A stretch of DNA of 64,000 nt from an uncultured Alphaproteobacteria bacterium (GCA_949292205.1 CASEYR010000008.1:14382-78381), one strand, 5' to 3'; numbered from the stretch's first letter, positions 10,748 through 22,134 are shown. The notes: a model not told the origin generated them from the letters alone. Program-made: numbers and translations.

Positions 10748-12424
10748 ATGCCTGCCTATCAATATATTTATGTTATGAAAGATTTATGCAAAACTTTTCC
10801 CGGCGGAAAGGAAGTTTTGAAACATATTTGGCTTTCATTTTTTCCCGGAGCTAAAATCGGCGTCTTGGGACCCAATGGGGCAGGAAAATCAACTTTATTA
10901 AAAATCATGGCCGGTTTGGATCAAGATTTTACGGGTGAAGCTTGGGCTGCAGACGGGGTAAAGGTTGGCTATTTACCACAAGAGCCACAACTGGATCCAA
11001 CAAAAAACGTTATGGAAAACGTGATGGACGGCGTCGGTGAAATTCGTGATTTGATGAAACGGTATGAAGAAGTTAATCAAGCCTTCTGTGATCCGGATGC
11101 AGATATGGATAAACTATTGGCAGAACAGGCCGAGCTGCAGGAAAAAATTGATGCTTGCAATGGGTGGGAAATTGAACGAACGATTGAAATTGCCATGGAT
11201 GCCTTGCGTTGTCCGCCCAGTGATGCCGACGTTACCAAGTTATCCGGTGGCGAAAAAAGACGCGTTGCTCTGTGTCGGTTATTATTATCAAAACCCGATA
11301 TGCTTTTATTGGACGAACCGACAAACCACTTGGACGCCGAATCAATCGCTTGGTTACAAACCTATCTAAAAAATTACAGCGGTACCGTTGTTATGATTAC
11401 GCATGACCGTTACTTTTTGGATAATGTAACAGGCTGGATTTTGGAAATGGATCGCGGTGAAGGTATTCCGTATGAAGGAAACTATACAAGTTGGCTTGAA
11501 CAAAAACAAAAACGACTGGAACAAGAACAAAACGCCGAAAAGAACCGCCAAAAAACATTAGCCGAGGAATTAGAGTGGGTTCGCCAATCTCCCAAAGCTC
11601 GTCAAGCAAAATCCAAAGCGCGTATTACGGCTTATGAAGAGTTATTGAAAAAATCAAATGAAAAAGCACCTGAAACGGCTCAAATCATTATCCCACCCGG
11701 TCCTCGCTTGGGAGATTTGGTTTTGAAAGCCGAACACTTACGAAAAGCATTTGGTGACAAATTATTATTTGATGATTTAAGCTTTAACTTACCCGCAGGT
11801 GGTATTGTCGGCGTTATTGGTCCGAACGGAGCCGGAAAGACAACACTCATGCGTATTATTACGGGACAAGAACAACCTGATGAAGGTTCTTTCCGTATCG
11901 GAGAAACCGTTAAACTGGGGTATGTTGATCAATCTCGTGATAGTTTGGATCCCAACAAAACGGTTTGGCAAGAAATATCCGGCGGATTGGATATTCTGAC
12001 GTTAGGGAAGCGAGAAGTCAACTCACGTTCCTACGCCTCTCAATTTAACTTCAAGGGCGCAGATCAACAAAAGAAAGTCGGCGTTCTATCCGGCGGAGAG
12101 CGTAATCGTGTTCATATGGCAAAGATGTTAAAATCCGGAGCAAATGTTCTTTTGTTGGACGAACCGACAAATGACTTGGATGTAGATACCTTACGAGCAT
12201 TAGAGGAAGCTTTAATGGACTTTCCGGGATGTGCTGTTATAACCTCGCATGATCGTTGGTTTTTGGACAGATTGGCAACACATATTTTAGCTTTTGAGGG
12301 CGACAGTCGTGTCGTTTTCTTTGAAGGAAACTATGCAGAGTACGAAGCGGATAAACACCGTCGTCTGGGAACAGATGCCGATCAACCCCATCGCATTAAG
12401 TTCAAACCGATTGAACGGAATTAA
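10748..12424 (+). CDS. ettA: energy-dependent translational throttle protein EttA (ABC-F ATPase)
   Basis: 558 aa. Near-colinear with E. coli EttA ([22 protein letters not shown], arm region, Pt[12 protein letters not shown]-terminus). Confidence 0.93.
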   Translation: MPAYQYIYVMKDLCKTFPGGKEVLKHIWLSFFPGAKIGVLGPNGAGKSTLLKIMAGLDQDFTGEAWAADGVKVGYLPQEPQLDPTKNVMENVMDGVGEIRDLMKRYEEVNQAFCDPDADMDKLLAEQAELQEKIDACNGWEIERTIEIAMDALRCPPSDADVTKLSGGEKRRVALCRLLLSKPDMLLLDEPTNHLDAESIAWLQTYLKNYSGTVVMITHDRYFLDNVTGWILEMDRGEGIPYEGNYTSWLEQKQKRLEQEQNAEKNRQKTLAEELEWVRQSPKARQAKSKARITAYEELLKKSNEKAPETAQIIIPPGPRLGDLVLKAEHLRKAFGDKLLFDDLSFNLPAGGIVGVIGPNGAGKTTLMRIITGQEQPDEGSFRIGETVKLGYVDQSRDSLDPNKTVWQEISGGLDILTLGKREVNSRSYASQFNFKGADQQKKVGVLSGGERNRVHMAKMLKSGANVLLLDEPTNDLDVDTLRALEEALMDFPGCAVITSHDRWFLDRLATHILAFEGDSRVVFFEGNYAEYEADKHRRLGTDADQPHRIKFKPIERN

Positions 12425-12464
12425 AATAAAATAATCATTTAAAAACAAAAAGGTCATTTCCCCC

Positions 12465-14063
12465 ATGATTCATTTTTGGTTCAGCTTTGGCTATATTGCC
12501 ACAATTGCATTTTTACCGCTACTATATGTATCGGCTAAAACCGTTACCTTTGAAAAAATAAAGGATATTTCTTTTTTACGTTTATTATGTAAAGATTTTA
12601 TCCGAACCCTTCCCGTCTGCTGTCTGATGATGATACCGATTTGTATCTATCCACCGATAACGCGTTGGTATCTTGGAGCGCTTCAGATTATATTTATGCC
12701 ACTAATGTTTGCCGAGCTGGGACATATTTATCTATTCGGAACACGTATCGGATTAAATACCTTTTTTACCTTTTTTGTTTCCAATATAAAAGAAACACGT
12801 GAATTTGTCAGTCAAAATATCCCTTCCATTTTATACATTGGCTTTACCTGCTTTTTCTTGATGCCATTCATCATCATTGCCAACATGCCGATTCCGATAT
12901 TCCAAAGTCTGTTCCTGCAAGTTCTTACCGTGCTTATTTTAAGCGCTTGTTCTTTTCCGTTTGTCCGTAATTTGGGACGTCGTTGGCCGAAATTTAAAGA
13001 TGCTTATATTTTAAATCCTTACAGTAATATCTTTTACCATTACTATGAGTATAAGAAAAACTATCAGGCTTTAAAACAAAAAATCGCAGAATATAGCGCT
13101 TCGGATTTTCCTAAAATCACATCGACTCTTTCCACCGATACACCACAAACATATATTATCGTTATCGGAGAATCTGCCAATAGAATGCATCATTCTTGGT
13201 ATGGATATGCCAGACGAACAAATGAATTTACCGAAACAATAAAAGACGAGCTTCTTATTTTTCCGAATGTCCGTTCTCCTTTTTCGCAAACAATGCCGTC
13301 TTTAGAGAGGACTTTAAGTTTTGCTGATTCAGATAACCCGAATTACCTCTATGAAAAAGGCAACATCATTGATTATTTTAAACAGGCTGGATTTAAAACC
13401 TATTGGTTATCTAATCAATACGCTTTGGATGATACAATCATCACGGCAATGGCTTCTCATGCTGATTATAGCAAGTACTTTAACTTCAGTGGTATGAAAC
13501 GCTTTGAAAAAGCGGGATTAGATGAAGCTATGCTACCGGATATTCAGAAAATCATTCAAAATGATGAAGCAAAAAAAGTCATCTTTGTCCATTTAATCGG
13601 ATCACATTCGGCTTATGTCAATCGCTATCCATCAGAGTTTAAGCACTTTACGGATACACTACCCGACAAAAAACTATCAGCGACAAATTATCAATTATTG
13701 AACGCCTATGATGATTCCATTCGATATACCGACTCAATTATCAGTCGTATCATCCAAATGTTGAAAAACAAAAGCGGTGTACAGTATATGCTATATTTTT
13801 CAGATCATGGAGAAGACATTTTTGATTCGACAACCGAAAGAATTTTAGGACACTCTGAACTAGCTAACGAGCCGATGACGGCGGTTCCGTTTATTTTGTG
13901 GCTATCGCCCACTCTGAAAAAATTACGTTCGGATATTATTCAACGTGCTGAAGAATCAAAAACAAGCTATAATCTGCAAGATGCCATTCATACAATTATT
14001 GATATTTCATCACTTAATAATACGGACTTTCATCCTGAAAAAAGTATTTTAACAAAAGACTGA
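12465..14063 (+). CDS. phosphoethanolamine transferase (EptA/sulfatase family), LPS/lipid A modification
   Basis: 532 aa. About 5 N-terminal TM helices plus a periplasmic sulfatase-type domain (HLIGSHSAY, YDDSIRYTDS, YFSDHGE). Confidence 0.8.
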   Translation: MIHFWFSFGYIATIAFLPLLYVSAKTVTFEKIKDISFLRLLCKDFIRTLPVCCLMMIPICIYPPITRWYLGALQIIFMPLMFAELGHIYLFGTRIGLNTFFTFFVSNIKETREFVSQNIPSILYIGFTCFFLMPFIIIANMPIPIFQSLFLQVLTVLILSACSFPFVRNLGRRWPKFKDAYILNPYSNIFYHYYEYKKNYQALKQKIAEYSASDFPKITSTLSTDTPQTYIIVIGESANRMHHSWYGYARRTNEFTETIKDELLIFPNVRSPFSQTMPSLERTLSFADSDNPNYLYEKGNIIDYFKQAGFKTYWLSNQYALDDTIITAMASHADYSKYFNFSGMKRFEKAGLDEAMLPDIQKIIQNDEAKKVIFVHLIGSHSAYVNRYPSEFKHFTDTLPDKKLSATNYQLLNAYDDSIRYTDSIISRIIQMLKNKSGVQYMLYFSDHGEDIFDSTTERILGHSELANEPMTAVPFILWLSPTLKKLRSDIIQRAEESKTSYNLQDAIHTIIDISSLNNTDFHPEKSILTKD

Positions 14064-14097
14064 TGATTTTACCTGTAAGTATCCCCATATAGGGTAT

Positions 14098-14592
14098 ATG
14101 ATTTATGTAAATGATCTGATGCAACAGGGATACTCTTATCAATTAACCGCACCTATGGGGGCAGATTTTGATCTTGACTTTAAACCGGAATTAACGCCAA
14201 AGGAAATGCTTCAAATGGGCGTGTTCGAAGGAAAATATATGAATGATTGTCAAGATGAATTTCCGAAAGATTGGTTTGAAAATGCTCCGCTATCCCCTTT
14301 AAAACCAGATATATCTTGTAATTTTTTCAAGGTTAAATCACGCCAGCCATTATCCGTTTGGAAACAAAAAGGGTGGATTATTGAACCTGATATCCGCGGA
14401 TGGTTTCAATGGTATTGTAGATACTATATGGGACGACGAATCCCAAATATTGATAAAATCCAAATTAAACGATGGCGTTTATTTTACAGACATAAAGCTC
14501 AAATTTTAAAAGGATGTCTTCCTATGGACTTAGAGTGTCGAAAAAGACAGCGACAAGCTCTGTTACAATGGGCATACAATCCTATTTTTTAA
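14098..14592 (+). CDS. conserved hypothetical protein, Trp/Tyr-rich (GWFQWYCRYYMGRR)
   Basis: 164-aa ORF, no TM segment, no motif I can assign. Basic C-terminus. Confidence 0.4.
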   Translation: MIYVNDLMQQGYSYQLTAPMGADFDLDFKPELTPKEMLQMGVFEGKYMNDCQDEFPKDWFENAPLSPLKPDISCNFFKVKSRQPLSVWKQKGWIIEPDIRGWFQWYCRYYMGRRIPNIDKIQIKRWRLFYRHKAQILKGCLPMDLECRKRQRQALLQWAYNPIF

Positions 14593-14707
14593 CTCTTAGA
14601 CTTATCCTTGAAAAAAATGATTTTCTGTCTTTCTCTCTTGACAAATGGATACAATAGTCATACCTGTAAGTTGTTATTCAAAAGACAACAGACAAAGGGG
14701 AGAGTGG

Positions 14708-14839
14708 ATGATGTCGCCGTTTCATATCATGGCAAAAATTCTGTTGTTGGCATGCTGTGGTATCGGTCTCTTTATTTACGCTTTCTTTTATTGGGCAACT
14801 TATCCGTTTAAAGGGGGAAAACATGAATACAAACATTGA
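14708..14839 (+). CDS. small hydrophobic membrane protein (43 aa)
   Basis: Start refined to MMSPFHIMAKILLLACCGIGLFIYAFFYWATYPFKGGKHEYKH, preceded by strong RBS AAAGGGGGAGAG. One TM helix. Confidence 0.4.
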   Translation: MMSPFHIMAKILLLACCGIGLFIYAFFYWATYPFKGGKHEYKH

Positions 14840-15098
14840 TATGAATGATAACACAAACAAGCTGACACCGGATGAAAAGAAACTGTTAAAATCAGAAATT
14901 AAAAAAGCTTGGTCAGAGTTTCCGGAAGATATGAAGAAATTTATTTTGGAAACAAAAAAAGAAAAATTAAAAGCGTTGTATATGATTGAAGGATGGGCAA
15001 AAGAGAATGGTCATCAAACAATTGTTGATTTAATTTCTCGCAGAATTGCACATAAGGAAGCTAAAATCCAAAAGATGGAAGCCGAATTAAATAAATAA
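14823..15098 (+). CDS. small Lys/Glu-rich helical protein (91 aa)
   Basis: Start refined to MNTNIDMND..., preceded by RBS AAAGGGGGAAAAC. Overlaps the end of the previous small ORF by 17 nt. Predicted all-helical, with a coiled-coil-like C-terminus. Confidence 0.4.
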   Translation: MNTNIDMNDNTNKLTPDEKKLLKSEIKKAWSEFPEDMKKFILETKKEKLKALYMIEGWAKENGHQTIVDLISRRIAHKEAKIQKMEAELNK

Positions 15099-15126
15099 CT
15101 TTTCCGTTTGGAGAAAGGAGAGGACC

Positions 15127-15372
15127 ATGTCATTACCTTCACAGCCGTATCGGAAACAAGATTATGCCTTGGGCAACGGACTTTTCCTTTCCCAACGACA
15201 AGCAAGCGTCTTGCAACAGTTGGGGCAAGGATTATCTAACAAGCAAATCGCGCATAACTTGGGGGTAGCAGAACCGACAATCAAAATGCATGTCAGCGCT
15301 CTGCTTCGTGCTTTCGGGGTTCAAAACCGAGTTCAAGTCTTGTTAAAAGCGAAAGAAAAAGGGTTTATCTAA
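15127..15372 (+). CDS. LuxR/GerE-family HTH DNA-binding protein (stand-alone)
   Basis: 81 aa. LSQRQASVLQQLGQGLSNKQIAHNLGVAEPTIKMHVSALLRAFGV matches the LuxR C-terminal HTH. RBS GGAGAAAGGAGAGG. Confidence 0.75.
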   Translation: MSLPSQPYRKQDYALGNGLFLSQRQASVLQQLGQGLSNKQIAHNLGVAEPTIKMHVSALLRAFGVQNRVQVLLKAKEKGFI

Positions 15373-15408
15373 GTTTCCAAAAGGCAATCAAACGGCCTAT
15401 TCAGGCCG

Positions 15409-17256
15409 TTATTTTCGTTTCAAATAGCCGATAACCGCCGTAGCCGCAGCCGGTGTCATTCCTGTCATCCGCATCATTGCCCCAATCGTTGCGGGCTTTG
15501 TTTTGTTCAGTCGACCGACAATCTCATTGGATAATCCACCGATTTTAGAATAATCCGTATCCAGCGGAATTTTTAATGCCTCATCTTTACGAAAAGCATC
15601 TATATCTAATTTTTGACGTGCCAAATACCCCTGATAGCGCCCCTCTATTTCCAGTTGTTCGGCAACATCTTGCGGAATGTTTTTTAAATCAGGCCAAACC
15701 GTTGTAAGTCTTTGCCAATCAACGCCTTGATAGGATAACATATCAAACGGTGTCCGCTTTTGTCCGTCCGAATTAACGGCGAAGCCAAAATCTTGAAGTT
15801 CTTTCGGCGTATATACCATTGACTTTATCTGATTGCGAGCCCGATCTAACATCTGCTTTTTATTTTTAAATGCCTCGGCTCGTTCCAGACCGACGCACCC
15901 AACCTCTATCCCTTTTTCAGTTAACCTCAAATCAGCATTATCTGCACGCATGGTCAAGCGATATTCGGCTCGAGAAGTAAACAACCGATATGGTTCATCA
16001 ACGCCCGATGTCGTAATATCATCTATCATCACACCGATATAACTGTCGGCTCTATCCAAAAGCAACGTTTTCCCTGTCTTTAATACCTGTAACGCCGCAT
16101 TAACACCGGCGACTAAGCCTTGACCGGCAGCTTCCTCATATCCTGTTGTTCCGTTAATTTGCCCTGCTAAAAAAAGTCCTGAGACTTTCTTTGTTTCTAA
16201 TGTCGGCTTTAGCTCTCTGGGATCAACATAATCATATTCAATGGCATAAGCATATCTTAAAATCCGAACATGCTCTAACCCCGGAATCGTCCGAATAAAA
16301 GCTTCCTGAACATCCTTTGGCAAAGAAGTGGAAATACCGTTCGGATAAATACTATCTCCGTCCCGAGTTTCCGGCTCTAAAAACACATGATGGCTATCAC
16401 GTCCTTTAAAACGAACTAACTTGTCTTCTATGCTCGGGCAATAGCGAGGTCCAATGGAATGAATTTGCCCGCAATACAACGGAGCTCGATATAAATTATC
16501 CTCAATAATTTTATGTGTTTCGGGTGTCGTATGCGTAATATAGCACGGCATCTGTTGCGGATGAAAGTCATCACTTATAAAAGAAAAAGGACGAGGCGGT
16601 TCATCACCGTCCTGCCGAACACACTTAGACCAATCAATCGTATTCTTATCCAACCGAGCCGGTGTTCCCGTTTTTAAACGACCGATACTTAATCCCAAGC
16701 GTTTTAGTGCCGGCGTTATTCCCAAACTGGCTTCCTCACCGTATCTTCCTCCGGGAATCTGCTCTGGTCCCACATGCATAATACCATTTAAAAAAGTCCC
16801 CGTTGTAACGACAATAGCTTTACCATAAACGGATTCACCCGAAGCAACGATACCGATTATTTGGCCTTCTTTTTCAATCAAATCATCGGCCGAGGCCTCC
16901 ATTATATCCAAATTCGGATACGATTGTAAAATCCGCTGCATTTCGGCACAATAAGCTACTTTATCAGCCTGAGCCCGAGGTCCTTGAACAGCAGGGCCTT
17001 TTGAGGCATTCAACATCCGAAATTGAAGTCCTGTCTTATCAATAACACGTCCCATCAAACCGTCCAAGGCATCAATTTCGCGCACAACCGTTCCTTTAGC
17101 CAAGCCACCGATAGCCGGATTACAGGACATATCGGCAATCGTGTTAATATGGTGAGTCACAAGAAGCGTTTTGGCTCCCGTCCGAGCTGAACCGGCAGCA
17201 GCCTCACATCCGGCATGCCCGCCACCGATAACAATAACATCATACTCTTTCATCAT
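15409..17256 (-). CDS. mnmG: tRNA uridine-5-carboxymethylaminomethyl(34) synthesis enzyme MnmG (GidA)
   Basis: 615 aa. N-terminal FAD motif [15 protein letters not shown], full-length MnmG similarity. Confidence 0.93.
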   Translation of the reverse strand: MMKEYDVIVIGGGHAGCEAAAGSARTGAKTLLVTHHINTIADMSCNPAIGGLAKGTVVREIDALDGLMGRVIDKTGLQFRMLNASKGPAVQGPRAQADKVAYCAEMQRILQSYPNLDIMEASADDLIEKEGQIIGIVASGESVYGKAIVVTTGTFLNGIMHVGPEQIPGGRYGEEASLGITPALKRLGLSIGRLKTGTPARLDKNTIDWSKCVRQDGDEPPRPFSFISDDFHPQQMPCYITHTTPETHKIIEDNLYRAPLYCGQIHSIGPRYCPSIEDKLVRFKGRDSHHVFLEPETRDGDSIYPNGISTSLPKDVQEAFIRTIPGLEHVRILRYAYAIEYDYVDPRELKPTLETKKVSGLFLAGQINGTTGYEEAAGQGLVAGVNAALQVLKTGKTLLLDRADSYIGVMIDDITTSGVDEPYRLFTSRAEYRLTMRADNADLRLTEKGIEVGCVGLERAEAFKNKKQMLDRARNQIKSMVYTPKELQDFGFAVNSDGQKRTPFDMLSYQGVDWQRLTTVWPDLKNIPQDVAEQLEIEGRYQGYLARQKLDIDAFRKDEALKIPLDTDYSKIGGLSNEIVGRLNKTKPATIGAMMRMTGMTPAAATAVIGYLKRK

Positions 17257-17259
17257 CTT

Positions 17260-18594
17260 CTACTTTCCGATACAGAAATCCCTAAAAATGACATCTAATA
17301 AATCCTCGGCATCAATCCGACCGGTAATCCGCCCCAAAGCACGCGCTGCCAATCGTAACTCTTCTGCTTTCAATTCTAAATCTGACACGGATAAAGATCG
17401 CGTCAAAGCACGCACACACTCAATCAAGGCCGTCCGATATCGTTCACGCGTAATAACTCCACTATCTCGTCCCCCAAAATCCCGCTCTAAAATAGTCTTT
17501 ATTTGCTTCCATAATTCCGGTATTCCAACACCCGTCTTGGCACTAATACACATAGCATCTGTGGGAACGGAACGCATTAAATCTGCCTTATTCCAAATTG
17601 TTAAAATTGTTTTTGAAGACAAAACATCCGGCAAGGATTCGGATTGAGGATATACCGTTCCATCTTGAACATGCAAAATCAAATCGGCTTCCTCTGCCCT
17701 TTGGACGGCACGACGAATTCCCTCTGTTTCAATTGCTTCCGCCTGCTCTCTTAACCCTGCCGTATCGGCTAAAATAACGGGGAAACCATCAACATCTAAA
17801 TGAGCCTCAACAACATCTCTTGTCGTTCCCGCTGTTTGAGAAACAATAGCCACATCTTTATGAGTCAGCGCGTTAATCAAACTGGACTTACCGACATTCG
17901 GAACGCCGATAATCGCTATTTGGAAGCCCTCACGCAACCTCTCCCCGACACGATTATCATCTAAATGCTTTTGTATAGACTCTAATAACGAGCGAATATC
18001 AGTATCTATACTTGCCAGTTTTTCAGGTGGAATTTCCTCTTCGGGAAAATCAATAAATGCCTCTAAATAAGCCATATGATGACATAACTGATCCCGCCAA
18101 CCATCGTATAGCTGACCTAAACGACCTTCCATTTGCCCTAAGGCTTGAGCTCGCTGACGCTCTGTTTCGGCATTGATTAAATCCAAAAGCCCTTCAGCCT
18201 CTGTCAAATCCATTTTACCGTTGATAACGGCTCGACGTGAAAATTCCCCTCGCTCCGCCGGACGACACTCCGGAATCTCCCCTAAAGCCATCATCAAAGC
18301 TTGAATAACACCTCTCCCGCCATGCACTTGAAATTCAACAACATCTTCCCCTGTAAAACTATGGGGCCCTTTAAAATATAAAATCAAGGCATGATCAATA
18401 ACCGTCCCGTTTGATGCTTGTATCGGTTTAAAATAAGCATACCGAGGCTTTAGATCTTTTAATCCTGTTAACCGCGATAACACCGTTAACACGTTATTTC
18501 CCGATACACGAACAACGGCGACACCACCTTTTCCCAAACCACTGGATAAAGCATAAATCGTATCCGTCAAACAGTACGAAATTCTATCCGTCAT
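17260..18594 (-). CDS. mnmE: tRNA modification GTPase MnmE (TrmE)
   Basis: 444 aa. G-domain GVPNVGKSSL, DTAGLRE, C-terminal CIGK. Confidence 0.93.
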   Translation of the reverse strand: MTDRISYCLTDTIYALSSGLGKGGVAVVRVSGNNVLTVLSRLTGLKDLKPRYAYFKPIQASNGTVIDHALILYFKGPHSFTGEDVVEFQVHGGRGVIQALMMALGEIPECRPAERGEFSRRAVINGKMDLTEAEGLLDLINAETERQRAQALGQMEGRLGQLYDGWRDQLCHHMAYLEAFIDFPEEEIPPEKLASIDTDIRSLLESIQKHLDDNRVGERLREGFQIAIIGVPNVGKSSLINALTHKDVAIVSQTAGTTRDVVEAHLDVDGFPVILADTAGLREQAEAIETEGIRRAVQRAEEADLILHVQDGTVYPQSESLPDVLSSKTILTIWNKADLMRSVPTDAMCISAKTGVGIPELWKQIKTILERDFGGRDSGVITRERYRTALIECVRALTRSLSVSDLELKAEELRLAARALGRITGRIDAEDLLDVIFRDFCIGK

Positions 18595-19239
18595 TTAGAT
18601 TCCTTCCAGCACTTTCACGAATTGAGCGCGAACAACATCAATATTTAAATTCTTTTCCGAACTGGTTAAAATTACTTCCGGATAACAAGCAACATGTTTT
18701 GAACCGGCTTCTGTCGTCTGTTTTAAAACAGATTCTTTCTCCTCATCGGAAATCTTATCCGCTTTTGTCAAAACGATTTGATAACTGACTGCGGCAGAGT
18801 CAAGCATTTTCATAATGTTTTCATCAACTTGCTTTATTCCATGTCTGGCATCAATCAACAAAAAAACACGACGCAGCTGAACACGTCCCCGTAAATAAGC
18901 ATGAATCAATCGTGTCCATGTTTGAACCGTCTTTTGAGGCGCCGAAGCATATCCGTATCCGGGTAAATCAACAATAAAAAACTGATTTTTTTGTTCAAAA
19001 AAATTCAATTCCTGTGTTCGCCCAGGTGTATTAGAAGCTCTGGCTAATCCCCTCACTCCCGTCACAGCGTTAATCAAACTGGACTTACCAACATTTGATC
19101 TTCCGGCAAAGGCAAATTCAGGCAAATCACTGACGGGAAGTTGTTCTACCTCTACAACTCCACGATAAAAAACAGGCTTCTGCTCAAATAACACATTTCC
19201 TTTTTTAATCAATTCTGCCCGACTATCTGCATCCGTCAT
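18595..19239 (-). CDS. engB: ribosome biogenesis GTP-binding protein EngB/YsxC
   Basis: 214 aa. GRSNVGKSSLIN, DLPGYGYA motifs. Confidence 0.88.
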   Translation of the reverse strand: MTDADSRAELIKKGNVLFEQKPVFYRGVVEVEQLPVSDLPEFAFAGRSNVGKSSLINAVTGVRGLARASNTPGRTQELNFFEQKNQFFIVDLPGYGYASAPQKTVQTWTRLIHAYLRGRVQLRRVFLLIDARHGIKQVDENIMKMLDSAAVSYQIVLTKADKISDEEKESVLKQTTEAGSKHVACYPEVILTSSEKNLNIDVVRAQFVKVLEGI

Positions 19240-19240
19240 A

Positions 19241-20908
19241 TCAGACTCCTACTTTTTTCATAATGTATTTTTGTTGTGCAATTGATAGAATATTACTCCA
19301 AGTCCAATAGATAACCAATCCGGCAGCAAAATTACCCAACATGAACGTAAAAATAACCGGCATCATATTCATGATAATCTTTTGATTTTCATCTGTTGAC
19401 GGAGATGGATTCAAACGTTGTTGAATAACCATGGTTAACCCCATCAAAACAGGCCAAACACCAATATTTAAAACACTGGGAATCGGCCAAGGTAAATATC
19501 CGAATGCCGTAAAGACAGAGGACGGATCCGGAACGGACAGGTCTGTAATCCAACCAAAGAAAGGAGCTTGTCGCATCAAAATAGAAACAGACAAAACCTT
19601 ATACAAAGCAAAAAATACGGGAATCTGAATTAACAAAGGCAAACAGCCCGAAGCCGGATTAACTTTATCCCTTTTATACAAATTCATCATTTCCAACTGT
19701 AACTGTTGCTTATTGTCTTTGAATTTTTCTTGTAGCGCCTTAATTTTAGGTTGGATTTTTTTCATTTTTGCCATACTCTCATAGGACTTTGTCGCTATCG
19801 GCAACAATGCAATTCGCAACAAAGTTGCAAAAATCAAAATGGCAACACCCATATTTCCAACCAAAGAATACAAAAATCCCAAGAAATATAAGAATGGCTT
19901 TGTCAAAAAGTAGTACCAGCCAAAATCAATAGATAAATCAAACCGAGGAATTCCGGCATCGGTATATTGATTTAACAGTTGCAACTCTTTTGCACCGGCA
20001 AACAAGCTTGTCGTCTTTATCAGTGTTTCTCCGGGACGAATCGTTTCCGGCTTAGAAACAAAAGAAGCAATATAATCCTCGCCTTTCTTTAAAAAGGACA
20101 TATCCGATGTCATTGATTGATCGGGAACAAAAACAGCCTGCCAATACTTATCCGTAATACCGATCCAACCTCCTTTATTAACGGTTGAAAAAGGCTCATC
20201 ATCCTCTATATCCGTATATTTTTCTTCAACTTCTCGGTTATCGAAAAAGCCAAGAAACCCTTCATGAACAGAGGTTGCTTTGGTCGGAATCGTATCCTTT
20301 TTCCGAATAATTTGACCATTTAAAGTTGCTTGTACTGGTTCTGTTCCATGATTGGTAATTTTATCCGTCACCCGAAACAGATAGGCATCATCCAAAGCCA
20401 CAGTTCTCTCCACCGTAACCAAGCCGTTTGTCCACGTCAGAACAATCGGCGTAAAGGGAGTTAACTCATTTCCGGATACTTGCGGAGCCATACTGGTGTT
20501 TGGGAAATGAGCATCTGAACTAGTCCAATTTAATTGAGTCAAAAAACCTTTATTCAGCAAAGAAACGTATGGACTATTCTCGGCAGTTGTCTCGCGATAT
20601 TGTAGCAAAGAAAGAGAATCAAATTGCGTACCCGCCGCAGATAGTGATCCTGATACAAAGTCATTTTTAAGCGGAACAGTAACATTTTTCAACTCCTGAT
20701 TTTGAGGAGTTACTTGTTGAGCTTTTTGTTCAATCGCAACTCTTGATTCAGAATTCGCGGAAACAGGCTCTAACATAGATACATAAGCTTCCACTTTTTC
20801 CGAACGACTTGGAAAAAACCAATTAAAGCCCATCAAAACACCAATCACCAAAACAAGGGCGATCATCATACTTTTTTGTTCTTGTTTTTCTTGATCCAAA
20901 TGACTCAT
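19241..20908 (-). CDS. yidC: membrane protein insertase YidC
   Basis: 555 aa. N-terminal TM, large periplasmic domain, C-terminal 5-TM Oxa1 core ([16 protein letters not shown]). Confidence 0.9.
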   Translation of the reverse strand: MSHLDQEKQEQKSMMIALVLVIGVLMGFNWFFPSRSEKVEAYVSMLEPVSANSESRVAIEQKAQQVTPQNQELKNVTVPLKNDFVSGSLSAAGTQFDSLSLLQYRETTAENSPYVSLLNKGFLTQLNWTSSDAHFPNTSMAPQVSGNELTPFTPIVLTWTNGLVTVERTVALDDAYLFRVTDKITNHGTEPVQATLNGQIIRKKDTIPTKATSVHEGFLGFFDNREVEEKYTDIEDDEPFSTVNKGGWIGITDKYWQAVFVPDQSMTSDMSFLKKGEDYIASFVSKPETIRPGETLIKTTSLFAGAKELQLLNQYTDAGIPRFDLSIDFGWYYFLTKPFLYFLGFLYSLVGNMGVAILIFATLLRIALLPIATKSYESMAKMKKIQPKIKALQEKFKDNKQQLQLEMMNLYKRDKVNPASGCLPLLIQIPVFFALYKVLSVSILMRQAPFFGWITDLSVPDPSSVFTAFGYLPWPIPSVLNIGVWPVLMGLTMVIQQRLNPSPSTDENQKIIMNMMPVIFTFMLGNFAAGLVIYWTWSNILSIAQQKYIMKKVGV

Positions 20909-21156
20909 TTTTCTTTCCTTTTAGATAACGGCGGCGGAACCGGATCATAGCCGGAACCCCCCCATGGATGACATCGCATTAAACGACGAACGGTTAACAT
21001 AGCACCTTTTATCGGTCCATGCAACAAAAAAGCCTCTCGCGCATAGGCTGAACACGTCGGATAAAAACGGCAACAAGGCGTTTTAAACGGAGATATTGCT
21101 ACTTGATAAATTCGAATACACCAACGACAGAGATTCCCGATAATTTTACCAATCAT
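20905..21156 (-). CDS. yidD: membrane protein insertion efficiency factor YidD
   Basis: 83 aa. YQ.AISP....[12 protein letters not shown]...HG..KG..L...RL.RCHPWG..G.DPVP. Confidence 0.85.
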   Translation of the reverse strand: MIGKIIGNLCRWCIRIYQVAISPFKTPCCRFYPTCSAYAREAFLLHGPIKGAMLTVRRLMRCHPWGGSGYDPVPPPLSKRKEK

Positions 21157-21617
21157 ACCTTCTCCTGTTCAACGGAAAAGGAAGAGTTCAGAACAGATTG
21201 GACGGCTTCAATCAAGGTATCTGTTTTTATCTCCTTCTTTTTTTCCCGACTTAATTCGGCAGCCGTTCCTTTTGAAATTTGATGAATGGCATAAGATAAA
21301 TCTGATTTTAGCTTGTTAAACGGGCGATCAAAAGTCGATTTTCGACCGATAAAAACCAAATCGTATCCATCTAATTTTGTTATATCTGAAGATAACCGAA
21401 CAACCTCTCGCAAACGGCGACGAATTCTGTTTCTGACAACGGCACAACCAACTTTTTTTGTAACCGTAAACCCAATTCGAACACCTGGGATTTTCGTAGC
21501 ACAAACCTGAACAATCATTCCCGAAGTGATGACTTTTGTTCCCTTTTCGGCAACATGAAGAAACTGCTTTCTTTTCTTCATTCGAACAGTCTTGAACGAT
21601 GTTTGATCAGTCAACAT
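21153..21617 (-). CDS. rnpA: ribonuclease P protein component
   Basis: Start refined to MLTDQ... (ATG at 21617, RBS AAAGGGA). The upstream ATG at 21647 would lie inside the rpmH-rnpA hairpin. RnpA motif [21 protein letters not shown]. Confidence 0.8.
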   Translation of the reverse strand: MLTDQTSFKTVRMKKRKQFLHVAEKGTKVITSGMIVQVCATKIPGVRIGFTVTKKVGCAVVRNRIRRRLREVVRLSSDITKLDGYDLVFIGRKSTFDRPFNKLKSDLSYAIHQISKGTAAELSREKKKEIKTDTLIEAVQSVLNSSFSVEQEKV

Positions 21618-21634
21618 ACAAATCCCTTTATTAA

Positions 21635-21666
21635 AGAAAAAAGGCACCGAGCTACTAACCGGTGCC
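21635..21666 (-). terminator. hairpin plus T-run between rpmH and rnpA (partial terminator/attenuator)
   Basis: GGCACCG-N10-CGGTGCC followed by TTTTTT on the minus strand. Confidence 0.5.
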
Positions 21667-21730
21667 GAATAAATTTAAAACGCTCGCTATCCCTGCTTCT
21701 GCCACATGCATAGCATTTCAGAGCCATTCA

Positions 21731-21865
21731 TTAAGCGCTTAAAACTTTACGTCCCTTGCGACGACGGGCACTTAAAACAGCACGTCCGCCGGCTGTAGCC
21801 ATGCGAGCGCGAAATCCATGCCGACGCGTCCGAACGATTTTACTTGGTTGATATGTACGTTTCAT
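21731..21865 (-). CDS. rpmH: 50S ribosomal protein L34
   Basis: Translates to [44 protein letters not shown] (44 aa). Not in the ORF track because it is under 60 aa. Confidence 0.95.
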   Translation of the reverse strand: MKRTYQPSKIVRTRRHGFRARMATAGGRAVLSARRRKGRKVLSA

Positions 21866-22094
21866 CTTCTTTCTCCTTGCTTAAACTGTCGAAATTTTCC
21901 AGATGCACGTCGGTAGATTTTTATTCACACCCTTTAGCACCATCGGTTTCCCAACGCACCTTTTTCGACAGCATCTTAAAAAACTGTCTTTTTATACCTT
22001 TTTTCAAACGAAAAGTCAAGACTTTTTTTATTTTTTTATATGCATGCACATAGATCAAAGACAGCAATTGTTTTTGCCGGTATTTTTGATACAC

Positions 22095-22120
22095 AAAAAA
22101 GGACACCCAAGAAAGTGTCC
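22095..22120 (-). terminator. intrinsic terminator downstream of the 22135..22725 gene
   Basis: AGGACAC-ccaagaaa-GTGTCCT hairpin with a T-run on the minus strand. Confidence 0.55.
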
Positions 22121-22134
22121 TTCTGAAATAAATA

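Noticed and set aside
17171-17647. 158-aa plus-strand ORF spanning the mnmG/mnmE junction
   Set aside because: Antisense to two conserved genes. Pro/Arg/Ser-rich low-complexity translation.
21647-21647. Upstream ATG as rnpA start (164-aa version)
   Set aside because: It would place the start codon inside the rpmH-rnpA terminator hairpin and add 10 non-conserved residues. The ATG at 21617 has a proper RBS.
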